Below are positions 1 through 12,918 of a stretch of 64,000 nt of DNA, piece after piece. A program made the translations under genes and the position numbers. Each line of letters opens with the position of its first letter. The first letter of the stretch is position 1. Source of the DNA: Salpingoeca rosetta (Eukaryota; Protista; Choanoflagellata); assembly GCA_033442325.1 (NCBI GenBank), contig JAWQFM010000003.1, positions 2,270,524 to 2,334,523 of the forward strand, read 5' to 3'. A model generated the notes under the pieces. It saw only the letters and a program-made list of their open reading frames with translations. It was not told where the DNA came from and searched no databases.

Positions 1-187
1 TCTCATCGCTGCTGTCTGGGGGAGCATGGATGAAGCTCCAGTGGTCTGCCCACGTGCCCCCCACACTCCAGGTGTGATCTGTGTCTGCATGTGTGTGTGT
101 CTGTGTGTGTGTCTCCGGTGTGTCTGTGAGTGTGTCGGGGGGTGTGTGTGTTGTGTGTGTGTGTGCGTGTGTGCGTGTGTGCGTGTG

Positions 188-234
<47 letters not shown>

Positions 235-2400
235 TGTGTGTGTGCATGACTTGATGCTTGCGCCCGTGCGTGCATGACTTGATGCTTGCACTCGTGCGTG
301 CATGACCTTGTGCGTCATCTCACCCCACTCCCAACCCCACCTTCTTCCCTCTTCGCAGTCCGTGCGCATGATGTCCTTGGCGGAGATTACACAGCGGCTA
401 CAGAACGGCTCCAAGCCACTGCTGGCAGCTGTATTGGGCAAGCTGGAGCCCGATGGAAAGCCGCTGCGCGTCCACGACCAAGACGTCATGGTCAGTGTGC
501 ATTGTGTATAGTGTACATGCGTGCGTGCGTGTGTGTGTGTGTTTGTGTGTGTGTGTGAGGTGCTGAGAGGGGTTCTTGGCAAATGCTGGGGTTGTGTGCA
601 ATGTGTGGACATGGTACCAGACAGGCACACAGTGCACGAACACGCGTGTGAGTGTGCTGGCTTGTAGCAACAGTACAGCCACTGAACCTTGTCCCTTGTT
701 TTGTGCACCGTTTCTGATGCAGGCGTGGAAGAACACCGTCTATGAGCATTCATCCGCGCGCACGTCAGGCATTTGGTCAGTGAAGTAGTGTGTGTGTGCG
801 CGTGTGTGTGCGTGTGTATGCGTGTGTACACGCAGTTCCTGTTGCTTCTGGTGTATGCTTTGGCCTCAATGATGCTGTGGTTGTGTACCGCTCACGAAAC
901 AACGGGGGATGCGTAGGTCTGCCAAGAGGTCAAAATTGTCGCAGCAAGAGAGCGTGTGCAACATGGTCTTCCGTGACCATTCATCAAGGTGAGCCTTGCC
1001 ATCGACGTTGGCTCGGTGGATGATGTGCTGTGTCGACGAGCATTCGGCAAAGCACGCAGGCATACTCGCTCTTTGGCCATCTCCCTTGCTCTTCTCATTG
1101 ACACTTGACACGCACAACATACACACATGCACACACATATGCACACACATACACACACAACGCGCACACAGTGCTCAGGTTGAAGGAGGGAGTTGGGAGC
1201 TGCCATATCAGGTCACCAACAACAACTTCCAGCCCGCAAACGTGGTGCGTATGATGTTTTCTGTGGCTTGGTTTTGTCATTCACAGCTTGCACTGCACTC
1301 GCTCATCGAGCATGCCGATATCACCTCATCATTCGGCCTCTTTTGTGTGTGTATAAATGTGTGCGTGTGTGTGTGTGTGTCGTGCCTGCAGGGTGTCGTT
1401 GCGGCGCTCTTCTCGTCTGTGGCGGGACGGTCCATCGTGGTGAGGCGGAATGCAGCCATGTGCTGGCCACTGCTTGCGCGTGTGTCTGTATGTGTGAATA
1501 CGCGCCTATGCCGGGTTGCAGCGGTTTGCAATGAGTGATAGAGCAAGCTCACTGACACACACATGCACACTGACACACACACACACATGCTCACACATGC
1601 TCACATATGCTCACACACACATGCACACTCGTGAGCAGGGATACGAGACTGTTGATGAGACGGTGCCTGTTGGCCTCAACGTCCTTGGCATCGGTACTGC
1701 CGCCACACACACACACACACACACGTGTCACGAGGCGTTAATCGCATCGCATTGTCTTTGTTGCTGATGAGGTGTGGACTGCTTCTTCGCCCCACTCACT
1801 GTGATGAGTGTGTGTGTATGACCGTGTTGAACAGGCGAGTTTTACTTGACGAGCCGCGGGCTGATGATGCGCACAAGCGGCAGAGGCGTCAGTTTGTTTA
1901 CCCGCGACACGCTGCAAGATGTCATCAACAGGTGTGGCGACAAAGGGATGAGCATCTGCTTTGCTGTTTGTGGCAGCAGTTTGACGGATTGACTCTTGGA
2001 GCCCCACATACACACACACACTCACTCACTCACTCACGCACACACGCACGCACGCACACGCACGCACGCACAACCCACCACATCGCAACATTCACAACAC
2101 GCACGCCACAGTGCGCAAGCGCGGGCGTCGCTGTGGCGTGTGATGCTGCTGCTGTGCGCGACGCTGGGCACGCTGTGCGTGGTGGCGATTGTCCGCTCTG
2201 AACTGCGGCGTCTCCATACCCAGCAGGAGCGCGCGAGGCAGATGGCACGCATCATGCAGGCGCGTGCACAGCAACAACACGCCGTGCGCCAACACAGGGC
2301 ACAGCAGCAGGAGCGGCGACAGGTGCTGCGACAACACCGCGCACAGCAAGAGCAAGCGGCACGAGATAGCGACGAAGCAAACGAATCCCCCACAAACGTG

Positions 2401-2435
<35 letters not shown>

Positions 2436-2956
2436 CTCTGTGTGTGTCTGTGTGTCTGTGTGTGCCTGTGTCTGTGTGTGTGTGTGTCTGTACCTGTGTC
2501 TGCGTCTGTGTGACTGTGTGACTGTGTGACTGTGTGCCTGTGTGTCTGTGTGTCTGTGTGTCTGCTCACCTTCTTTGTCCTCCCTTACGCCCTTCTCATT
2601 ACGCTCACACTCCTTCACCAAAACCCTTTCCTCTCCCCCTCCTCCCCCTCGTCCCAACCGTTCAACCAGTGCAACGTCTGTCTCGACAATGCCTGCGACA
2701 CTGTGATTGTGGTAAGCGCCCAAGTTGAACCATTTGACGAATGCACCATGCATCTCGCATCACCTTTGCTCATTTCCACCCTCCTCACCCTCTCATCCGT
2801 TTCCTCCCTCAACCTCCTCTTGTGTTGCAGCCGTGCGGACACATGTGCATGTGCTCCATGTGCGCTGATCGGTTGCTGGACTTGCCACGGTCACAGCACC
2901 GCTGCCCCGTCTGCCGAACACACGTCGACAACATCATCCCCGTGTTTCGATCGTGA
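1..2956 (+). CDS. MUL1/MAPL-like E3 ligase (GIDE domain, TM helix, coiled coil, C3HC4 RING); multi-exon, 5' end probably outside the window
   Basis: Spliced exons include AWKNTVYEHSSARTSGIW, VEGGSWELPYQVTNNNFQPANV and GYETVDETVPVGLNVLGIG (GIDE-like), a TM segment LWRVMLLLCATLGTLCVVAIV, and the RING CNVCLDNACDTVIV-PCGHMCMCSMCADRLL..RCPVCRTHVDNIIPVFRS* with TGA at 2954-2956. Confidence 0.8.
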
Positions 2957-2996
2957 CCACGGTTGGCGGCTGTGCTTGCGCCACTCTCGAGCTGTG

Positions 2997-3077
<81 letters not shown>

Positions 3078-3290
3078 GTGCTCTTGCGTTGGGCGATTAC
3101 TTTAATTTGTAATGGAGAAGCGACACAACCAGTGGGCGCGTTGTCACAACGTCACGTAGGGTCTTTGATCACTTATGCACCCCACTCGGTCTTCAAGACA
3201 CACAAGGCATGGGGTTGACGGTGAAATCAGCAATAAACGAACAGCAATGATGAATGTATGCAAAACAGCATGTGTGCATCGGGCGTCCTT

Positions 3291-6200
3291 CTACTTTGTT
3301 GGTGTGACATGTGCAGGACAGAACCACGGCTCATCGTCATCGTCCTCTTCGTCGTCCATGTTCACTCCAGCGCACTCGGGGTGATACACGCGGGGGCATC
3401 CCTGGGCGCAACAACACGCAAGAGTGCGGCAGAGTGAGTATGCAATCCACATGGTGTACCACGGACCATTGCAATCACACAATCACACCACAAAGTGCAC
3501 AGTGACCCCTCAAAACACACCCACACGCACACGCACACAACCCACCTCAAAGTCGCACAGCAACAGGGTGCCTGGCTTGCGGCACTTGTGGCAAATGTCC
3601 TCGTGGCCGTCGGCTCCAACCAGTGGCGTCGCGCGTGACTGCGCAGCCTCGCGTCCCTGCATACACATCAGCAACCAACAACATGAATGCCAGTCCGAAT
3701 GGCACACCACCAACCGTGCACACGAAACTCGCGAAGCTCGCGAAACATTGCCACACCACACCCCCCCCCACACACACACACACACATCACACACGCGCAC
3801 ACACCAGTTTCTCGATGACGCCGCGACAGCTGCTTGCACCGCAGTGGCACGTCGTTCGACCACGGCTGCCCAGGGAATCAAGCTGCAACAAAAACACGAC
3901 ATAGTATGTGAGGGCTACGACGACAGTGATAGCGATAGCAGTAGTGTGTGGCGCGGGACAATCATTGAAAAGGGCAATCATTTGCAGAGAATATTCTTAG
4001 CACGTGATGGTGTCGAACCTGGTAGTCGAATGTGAGCTCTGTTCCTTTGGGAATGTCCTCCTTGGCAAAGATGCCAACACGCGTCTCTCCAAGCACGTTC
4101 CATTTCTGCACGCAGTGTGTCAACACGACGCATGAGTGAACGACGATGAACAGACAAGTCGACAACGCGGTTCCACACATGACGTCAGGATGCACACCTA
4201 CGCACACAAACACACACACACACACCTGTGTTTCGCAGTTGGGGCCACAGCTGTGGTTGATGAAACGGGCGAGGTTGGCTTTGTTCCGAGCATCCACAAA
4301 GCTGGAGCCAGAGAGCGACAAAATGTAGAAGCTGTGGTCATTCGCCTGCACAAAGAGAAAAGCGGGAGAAAGATGTGAGAAATACGATGAGGTAAGTGCA
4401 GCACGCGAGCACGCAAGCGCGCGCACACACACACACACACACAATGCACACGCACCGCCTGAGACGCAGCGAGGCGGCGTCGGCACTCTGTAGCGTCGAT
4501 GATTTCGCCCACGTACTCAATGACAAACTGGCCCTCGGCAATGTCCTCGCCGGCCTTGAGGCCCCAGCCCCTAGACCAGATGCGCACAACATTGGCAGAG
4601 GGAAGGAATGGCAGGTGAGCCAAGCAAAGGATGCGGAAGGTTTTACGGGAGGTGGAAAGAGAAGCGGGGGGGGGGGGGCAGACGAAGGAAAGGGATGAGA
4701 ACAAAGACAAAGAGGGACGCAAGAAGCAAGGAAACAACAAAGAGTGGTTGAAAGACAAGTGTACGGATAGACATGGGTACTGCTGCCAACACCATCAAGT
4801 AAAGGTGGGGTGTGACAGGACAACCATCGTCCGCAGAAACCTTGCTGTGCGCACAGACAGCTCTTTGCAGTGACTCGCAACATGCACTGCCCATGGGAAC
4901 AGGGGCAGGCAGAGCACCGCCATTGTGCGGAGAAGAGAAGAAAGGGAAGGAAGGCGTAGAGAGGGAAAGGAAGACGTTTCAAGGAAGGTGGCAACGCACA
5001 CGTACACACGTACACACACACGCACACACACAAAACAAAACAAAAGAATACTTTGATTGTGTGAGAAACGGGATGAGCTTTGGGTACTGGCGACGCTGGA
5101 AGCGGCGGTTCTGGCACTTGTCCTTCACAGGACACGTCTTAGGATCGCACTCGCAGTGCACAATCCGATTCAAGCACGACTGGCACACACACACAAAGGA
5201 AGGCCACACGTGCCAGGACAGAGAACACGCACACATGCCAGGATCAACGTTTGCAAGAGCATACGTGAGCTAAGCGACAAATTGAGAGCATCAAGGCTGG
5301 CACGATAGCGAACATCAGGCATGCCGGCTCACGCGCGACAACATGCGGGTACCCAAAGCACTCACGTCATCACATGTGTCAGTGGCAGGGGAGCAGCAGC
5401 ATTCCTGGCCAGGCGTGCGCTTGCGTGGAATTGTGTACACGTTTGTGCGGACACGTTGGAAGGCTGGTGGCTTGCTTGCCATCCGACCACGAATCGCCTC
5501 AAGCATCGCTGACTGCACGCGAGAAAGCGGCAAGTTAACATGCATTGGTGGTGAGTGGGTTGAGAGACAATGGGACAGAGTAGGGAACAGCATGTCCATC
5601 AGAGCAGCGAGTGGCAACCAAACACACACACACACACCTTGTCAGCCTGCACGGCATCGTAAGCGAGGGCTGCCTCCTGGAGGGCGTGTAGGAACGCGGG
5701 TTTCCCTCTGGAGGTGGAAAAGCGGCTCTTCTCGTCACCGCGCATCCAGCGGATGCACGCGTCATGGCGGCCCCACGATACCTCGTTCGTCCCAAAGAAG
5801 TTGAGCGCGAAGCAAATGCCTGCAATGATGTGATGTGACGTGATGTGATGTGGTGTGCACACGAGGGAAACGGTGGTGTCAGCAAGGGAAAGGGTAAGTG
5901 GGCGAAGCAGGGTGTAGCAGAAGAGCGGACTTTGAACAAGGTTTGGCAACCAGGAAAGGAACATGAACACAAACAAGTTTGAGAACAACAGCAAGAACGA
6001 GAAAAGGAAGGTCAAGGTGCTGTTTGTCTGCGTCAAATCCCTGGCCAGGTGTGAAAAAATGCCCCGCGCCAGAGTAGTTATCACACACAATGATGGTTGC
6101 TCTTGCACAAACTACAAAAGAGGCACGGCGCCCACGGTGTGATGCGTGCGCGCATAAAACGGCAACGCGCCACGGGCGCTGTGTGTCTTCGTGCATAAAA

Positions 6201-7775
6201 GAAGAGAGAAGAAAAGGGGGGAAGGGGGGAGGAGAGGAAGAGAGAAGGAGAGGAAGAGAAAAGGAGAGGAAGAGAAAAGGAGAGGAAGAGAAAAGGAGAG
6301 GAAGAGAGTGACAAGAGTACCGGCACAGCGCACACACACACACACACACAACACAGGTATTGCATCTGCACGCATGACGGGCTGGTTACCTGGTGGCCGC
6401 TTGGATCGCAGCGCCTCTGGGATTTGCGTGTGCTCCAGAATGCGCGCAGGCCAGAACCGGTGTTGGCCAAGCTGGCCAATGGGCGAGTGACAACGCGGTT
6501 GTTGTGGCAGGGCCGAAGAGGAACCAAAGGTGAGAGACAGAAGATTGGTATCGCAGACGGGCAAAGGAAGAGCAACTGTTTTTTGGACACCAGCCGCAAA
6601 GAGGCACACACAGTGCAACCCACCTTATACCAAACAATGTCCTGTTCCGTGGCCTTGACACCGCCAAGGCACTCGTGGCAGTACCAGGGCGAGTCCTCCG
6701 AGGGGGTGCCTGTGAGAGCCAGCACGTCCTTCAGGCACTCCTGGTGGTAGGCAGCAGGGCATGTGTCGCAGCAGAACAGCCTGCCGCCATCACCGCACGC
6801 CAGGCAGATGTTCGACTTGGCATGCTTCTCCACAGGCTGGTGCTTTGGGCACAGCAGATATATCGCATTCTGTCCATGGGGGTTCGCGCAACACATGCAT
6901 GAAATGTGAGTGTTCGCGTTATTCGACAGCACACGTGCACACACACAAACATTCGCGCACATGTGTATGATGCACACGCAACATGAATATGCACATGGCG
7001 AACGCACAAAGAACGCACGCGCAAGCATATGCACACACACACACACCCTAAAACACACACCTCATGGAGACAGCCAGCGGGAACGCAGCACGTGTGATAG
7101 GCAATGGGGCAGCGAATGCAGCGGACGAGAGGGTACGTCGACGCCTGTGGATATGTGCAGTTGGCACACTTGTGCAAGGGACACTTGAACGAGTTGTCCT
7201 TCAGTCTGTCCAGCGGAGCATACGCAGCAAACACGGGTAAGCTCTTTGACTCACGGACAGCACAGCACGTGCTTCACCGCACCGAAATACGCACAACCAA
7301 ACAAACTCAATCCAAACACACTCAACAACCAAACAAACGCCAAAACAAAATGAGCAGCAAAGAGGGTAATACAATAGGTTGCACTTGCAAAGCGAAAACG
7401 TACGCGGCGCGTGGGTTGTTGGAGATGCAGGCGCGGTGGTACTTCTTGCCGCAATTCCTGACCGAGCACGTCTGCAGACCTTCAAGGCCGCCGGGCTGCT
7501 CGCACGCAAAGCACAGGTGGTTGCCGGTCGTGCACGCGTCACACACAAACGCGCCCTGCGGAGCACAGCTGAGCCCGACGCAGAAGAGGTGATAGCTGCT
7601 AAGGCAGCCACCCTCGCAGCACAGCAGGTTGCCTGCTTCACCGCAGATGCCGCAGTAGTCATCGTGCTTCGTCACATCAACACTGCTGTCTTCGCCTGCA
7701 TCTGTCGTTGACGCGTCGCCATCGGCCGCAGCAGCGTCCGCATCCTCCTGACTCTCACGCTCCTGATGACGAAAG

Positions 7776-7812
<37 letters not shown>

Positions 7813-10800
7813 CGAGAGAGGGAGAGCGCTTGTGGGTGAATGCGTGTGTGTGTGTGTGTGTGTCTGACCCAAATAAGAGGTGTGAAAACACCAGTCGTCC
7901 AAGAACAGACAACGAAGCCCAAGGCGGAAAGGAAAAGGTGGAAGAAGAAACGTGTACGGATAGACATGGGTACTGCTGCCAACACCATCAAGTAAAGGTG
8001 GGGTGTGACAGGACAACCATCGTCCGCAGAAACCTTGGTGTGCGCACAGACAGCTCTTTGCAGTGACTCGCAACATGCACTGCCCATGGGAACAGGGGCA
8101 GGCAGAGCACCGCCATTGTGCGGAGAAGAGAAGAGAGGAAAGGGGAATAAAAGACACAGCGTGGACAAGAGAACAAGAAAGGTAGACTGACAAGGAAACA
8201 GAAAACGTGGATGGGGAGGGACACACAAAGTATGGTGCACATCGGGCCAAAACCGCGTTGGAAGAACAAAACAAGCACAAGACTGCCTCTGGTCTTGCAT
8301 ATCTTGCAGCACACAGTGAACCAAGTAACGCAGAGTCAAACGTACAGCAGCGCGTTTTGCCGCTTTTCTCCTGGTGGTTGCGGCCTTGGCATGCCACTGC
8401 TGTTGCTCTTCTTGCGTGAGCGCGTTCCACTGGTCAAGTACATGCTTGGCCGTGTCCGCAACGTCACTGTCCGCGCTTATGCCTACAAACCAAGAAAGAA
8501 GGCGACCATCGAGGGCGTCAGTTAAGCACACCACGAGGATTGCTGGCCACCACACCTCTTCCAAAACTGCAAAACAGGATTGCTCCCGCCAAATGTTGAG
8601 CCCTTGTGGACGTCACAACGTACGTTTGGAGGTTTCGAGGGTGAACAGCACCGGGCCAGACAAGGTCAAGTCCTGTTGACAAATTCAGTGTGATGAACAT
8701 CTTGTGTGAGCAGCGTTGTCGGCAGAGACTGCTGCTTTCACCCACGACCAAGCAAACCAGCCGACCGACATACCAGCCAACAATCAACACACAGACTATC
8801 AGTGCTGGCTCACCGGAGTGAGGCGAATGTGTTGGAGCATTTCGTCTGCCGCCTCCGGTGATTGCAGCTGCTCGACCTTCTGCCGGCCCAGCTCAACAAC
8901 GGCGTTTGTCTCAAACACAAGTAGCTCCCGTCGGTACCGCAGCTGCAACGCAAACACACACGCACGTGAGAGCATGTGTATCAATGCGAAAGTCAGCAAG
9001 AGTGAGAGTGTGTGTGCGTGTACATGTGGGTGAGGGAGGGAAGGGGTGATGCAAGAAGTGAGAGTACACTCGTATTCCATGGGAGGGCACGAGCAAGACA
9101 TAACAAATGAGCGTGAACCGCAGCTCGGTGCCCCACCTTGTCTTTCTCGCTCCTGTCCTTGTACACCTGCTTCTGGTCCTCGCTGAGGGCCTGCCACATT
9201 TCGCCCAGTTTGGACAAGAGCTCCTGCGGCGTCGCGCAAATCTTCTTCAGCTCTTCCTCCTTTTCCTGGGTGGAGTTGTTGAAAAGCGCCGTTGGTACAC
9301 GTGGTGAGACACGGCGTCATGGCCAAGCAGGAGCGCAGCCGCATGTGCAAGGAACACGTCAATCATGAGCAGTCAACACGCACGAGCATGCGTCTGTGCG
9401 TACCAACACACATGCGTACATGGAAATCAACAATGCCGTATGCACAGGACAGGTGTGGCACACACCTTCCGGAAGAAGATGTAGGCGGATCGGCCACGCT
9501 TTGGCTTGTTGCTGATGAGCTTCGACATGGAAGGGGTGGTGGCACCGTGTTCTCTGGCGTGTGCCACAAGCAGCTCCTTGTACTTTTCCATGTCGCGTGC
9601 GTACCGCTGGCGGTCCCGCCGCTCCAGCTCCAGATACGGCGCCTTGGCCTCGTCGGACAGCTCCTTCCACTTTTGCCCGAACACCCTGGAGGATTCTATG
9701 AGGGTGGCAACACAACACGACACGACACGACACGACACGACACCGTGAGTGAAACAGGAGCTGAACACGCATTCTGCGCATTGAGGACGAGAAAGGCCTC
9801 TGACACGCGCAGGAGGCAGATGTAACAGAGAGGACACACGAGGTGAAGTGACAACACACACAAAAAAGGGCAATAAGGGTGGGTGACACGAAGAAAGCGC
9901 GGTGTACGGATAGACATGGGTACTGCTGCCAACACCATCAGGTAAAGGTGGGGTGTGACAGGACAACCATCGTCCGCAGAAACCTTGGTGTGCGCACAGA
10001 CAGCTCTTTGCAGTGACTCGCAACATGCACTGCCCATGGAACAGGGGCAGGCAGAGCACCGCCATTGTGCGGAGAAGAGAAGAGAGGCAAGGAAAGGAAA
10101 GGAAGGTGGGTAGGTGGGTAGGTGGGTAGGTGTGGAGTAGGATGGAGACGGCAGGGAAGATAGATAGGAAAGCCAGGGGATTCGCTAGTCGCAGGTCGGC
10201 AAAGAAGGGAACGAAAGGTATGGAAACAGAGAAGATTGGGGAAAGTCGTCAAACAAGGGCACAGTGCAGCAAACATCGAACAGACCCACCTGTAACGCTG
10301 AGGGGTGCAGGGTCATTGTTGCGCTGCTCTTTGAGAAAGTAGAAAAAGGCACTCGTGTACCTGCAGAGGCGACAAGAACAAGGGTGACCGTCAGGGCATC
10401 ATGCATATTAGAGTGGCAATTGCACGCATGGCAGAGCAAGACGATTCAGCACGAGCACAAACAAAGGCTGGCCTGACTGACCGCTTTGGCTTGGGCGGTG
10501 CTGAGGCGTCCACCTCTTTCGCGCGATCTGACGTGAACAGACAACAAGAGTAAGTGTGAGCAAACAAGCACGTGCGGTGCATGTGTGTATGTGTGGTGAG
10601 TGTGCTGGGTTGACAAGAGCAAACACGACGCAAGCGCGGGTGCGAAAAAGCAGCTGAAAAGACTCGCACAACAGCTTCCAGAGTATGATGTCGCACCTTT
10701 CTTTGACTTTTTCTTCTTCTGCTTCTTCGACTGCTCCTCCTCGTCCTGTCGCTGCTGCTCCTCAACGGCAGGAGCGGGCGGTGCGTCGTACTCGCCAAAG

Positions 10801-12670
10801 CACGTCCACTCCAGGATACTGATGTATACATACACATGCGCACAGAGACACAGCCATAGGTAAACGTGTGAGCTGGCACCTACATGCTGACAACCGCAAG
10901 AGTGTACGCGTGGTTTGGGGGGGGGGAGTACAAGTTTGGAATTAAAAACAAAACCAAAAACGAGAGGGGGAGTGCATGTCTGAGCGCAACCGCGGAGCTC
11001 ACCGCTCGCGCAGGGACATGCTTGCCGCCTTGCGTGCTTGCTCCATGGAGATTTTGAATGCCTTCTGCAATGACGGCTTCACCCTCTCCTTGATCAGCTC
11101 CCATCCGCCATTCTGTGGGAAAGAGTAGCATGGTCAGCGCAGCACGGGCAATAGGTCTACGCCGCAAGTGGACAGCGAACATACAAACACAGACACATAA
11201 ACTCACGAGCACACACAAACACACACACACACATTCACCCATGGAAGACGACAAGTACGCAGGAACAGACAACAAACAAGTATTTCGTTTTCACGGTGCA
11301 AGTGAGGCGGGAGGCGCGCACCTCTTGTTGGTAATCCCACAGCCGCATGGCCGACTTGTAGCTGGACCAGGCGCGCGTGATGACGTCGCCGAAGAACTGT
11401 GGTAACAGCAATGGGCACGACGATGGCGTGTACGCACACAGTGAGAGGCACGTAAAGAAGAAAGCGTGACAGGTAGGAGTAAAAGGCCCCGCAATTCGAA
11501 AAGACGTCCTGTCCTATCTGGCGGTAAACCCCCCCCCCCACACACACACACGCATGGGCGCGCACGTGTAGTGTAAAGGTTGAAGGAGAATAAAAGCCTC
11601 ACCTGCACGTGCAGCATACGGATATCGCCGTTTGGGTTGCGCTTGATCAGGTTGCCCGTGTGTGGCTCGTACGTCAACATGGAAGGCCAAAACTGTTTCA
11701 CACAAAGGAAAGAAGCAGGTAGAGTTAGGTTGACGTGGTCTGCAAGTGGATTGCAAGCGGCATCATGACATTTGAACTTGCTCTCGCGCGCGCGTGTGTG
11801 CTTGTGTGTGCGTGTGTGTTAGGGTGTGTGGCCGTTTGTGATTGTTGTAAGTTAACCACAACACGAAGCAGCTTAAGCAGGGGTAGCAGTGACACATGAG
11901 CATTGATGCAACCCAAAAAAAAAACGTACCGGGGAACCTTTCTGCTTGACCCAGACAAGCAAACCAACGCGGGCGTGCGAGGGGATGTGTTTGCTGGCCA
12001 TGCGGTCAACAGGGTCGGCGAGGTCTCGCAGAAGTGGTGTTGGCGGCGCAGGAGCTACTGGCTGCAGTAACGAAGGCGTTTGCTGCTGCTGTTGTTGTTG
12101 TTCTTGAGATGACATCGCTTGATCCTGCGAATCCTGCTGAGGACTTGATGGTGTTGCATTCCCAGAACTCGATGTGCCTTGGCCGCTTGTGCCAGTTGTG
12201 CCGGACGTGGACGATGGAGAGGAGGCCGCATGTGGCTCCTGAGGCGAGGGCGACGACCCTTGCATGAGCAAACGGCGGCTGCGGCGACGGGTAGAGGATG
12301 TAGAGGAAGCGGTTGCAGTGTCTGGGGTTCGCTTCGCGCGCTTCGCATCCGAGGACGGCGCGGAGGCTGTCGATGACGCGGATGAGGACGATGCCGCTGT
12401 GCTTGGCGAATTCAGGGCGGGTTGTGGGTCATCCGTGTGTGCTGCAGTTGGTGGCACGGGGGTGCTGGGGGTGGAAATCGTCGCCGATGTTGTGGGTGGT
12501 GGAGGCGGGTCCAAGGGGCCCAGCGTGCCGGCCTTGCCAGCGTCGTCTGGGCGTGTATCCATGACGACAGCTGCCTTGTTGGGGACAGCGTCCTCCTCGT
12601 CAGTGGCAGCACTGCTCCCTTGTTGTTGTCGTCGTGGCGGCACGCTATCGCTCATCAACGCGTCAGCCAT
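3291..12670 (-). CDS. NSD-family (NSD2/WHSC1-like) histone H3K36 methyltransferase: PWWP - HMG boxes - 4xPHD - PWWP - AWS - SET - post-SET - PHD; multi-exon
   Basis: ATG at 12670 (MADALMSD). PWWP VGLLVWVKQKGSP-FWPSM; HMG VFGQKWKELSDEAKAPY and LGEMWQALSEDQKQVY; PHDs DDYCGICGEAGNLLCCEGGCLSSYH and NICLACGDGGRLFCCDTCPAAYH; second PWWP HRFWPARI; AWS SCLNRIVHCECDPKTCPVKDKCQNRRFQ; SET KGWGLKAGEDIAEGQFVIEYVGE..ARFINHSCGPNC..ELTFDY; post-SET CHCGASSCRG; TAG at 3291-3293. Confidence 0.93.
4757..4930 (-). ncRNA. Intronic box H/ACA-like RNA, copy 1
   Basis: Lies in NSD intron 4571-5051, sense to the host. 5' stem GCACA..TGTGC, H box ACAGCA, 3' hairpin (CGGA/TCCG, CTGTCA/TGGCAG, CACC/GGTG), ACA box at 4762-4760 followed by CTT. 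Confidence 0.72.
7950..8123 (-). ncRNA. Intronic box H/ACA-like RNA, copy 2
   Basis: Near-identical to copy 1, in the intron between the HMG-like exon and the PHD1 exon. H box ACACCA; ACA followed by CGT. Confidence 0.72.
9900..10072 (-). ncRNA. Intronic box H/ACA-like RNA, copy 3
   Basis: Near-identical copy in the intron (~9697-10288) that splits HMG box 1. One 1-nt deletion and one substitution, both in predicted loops. H box ACACCA; ACA followed by CCG. Confidence 0.72.
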
Positions 12671-12687
12671 GGTGGTGTGTGTGTGTT

Positions 12688-12721
<34 letters not shown>

Positions 12722-12918
12722 TGTGTGTGTTGGCGCCAAAACCAACCACGTCAACAACAAAGCTCAGTCACAACTCATGAGGAGCGCTTGAGTTTTTGGC
12801 GGGGGGGGGGGACGAGGTGCTGATGGTGCAGGTGCGCACATGGTGGTGGTTGGCTGGTCAGTGGCGCTGGGGCGATGATAAAGTGAAGAGAGGAAAGAGA
12901 ACAGAGCAACACGGTTTT

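Noticed and set aside
243-310. 28-bp tandem repeat (about 2.5 copies) in an intron of the MUL1-like gene
   Set aside because: Simple local duplication with no structural or functional signal.
4757-4930. Identification as U17/snR30
   Set aside because: The conserved m1 (AUAUUCCUA) and m2 (AAACCAU) motifs are absent from the 3' hairpin.
4759-10072. Three-copy repeat as a CRISPR array, MITE/SINE or repeated coding exon
   Set aside because: The units are 172 nt and kilobases apart with no spacers, terminal inverted repeats, target duplications, poly-A tail or recognisable A/B boxes. The flanking exons join correctly without them, and copy 3 has a 1-nt indel.
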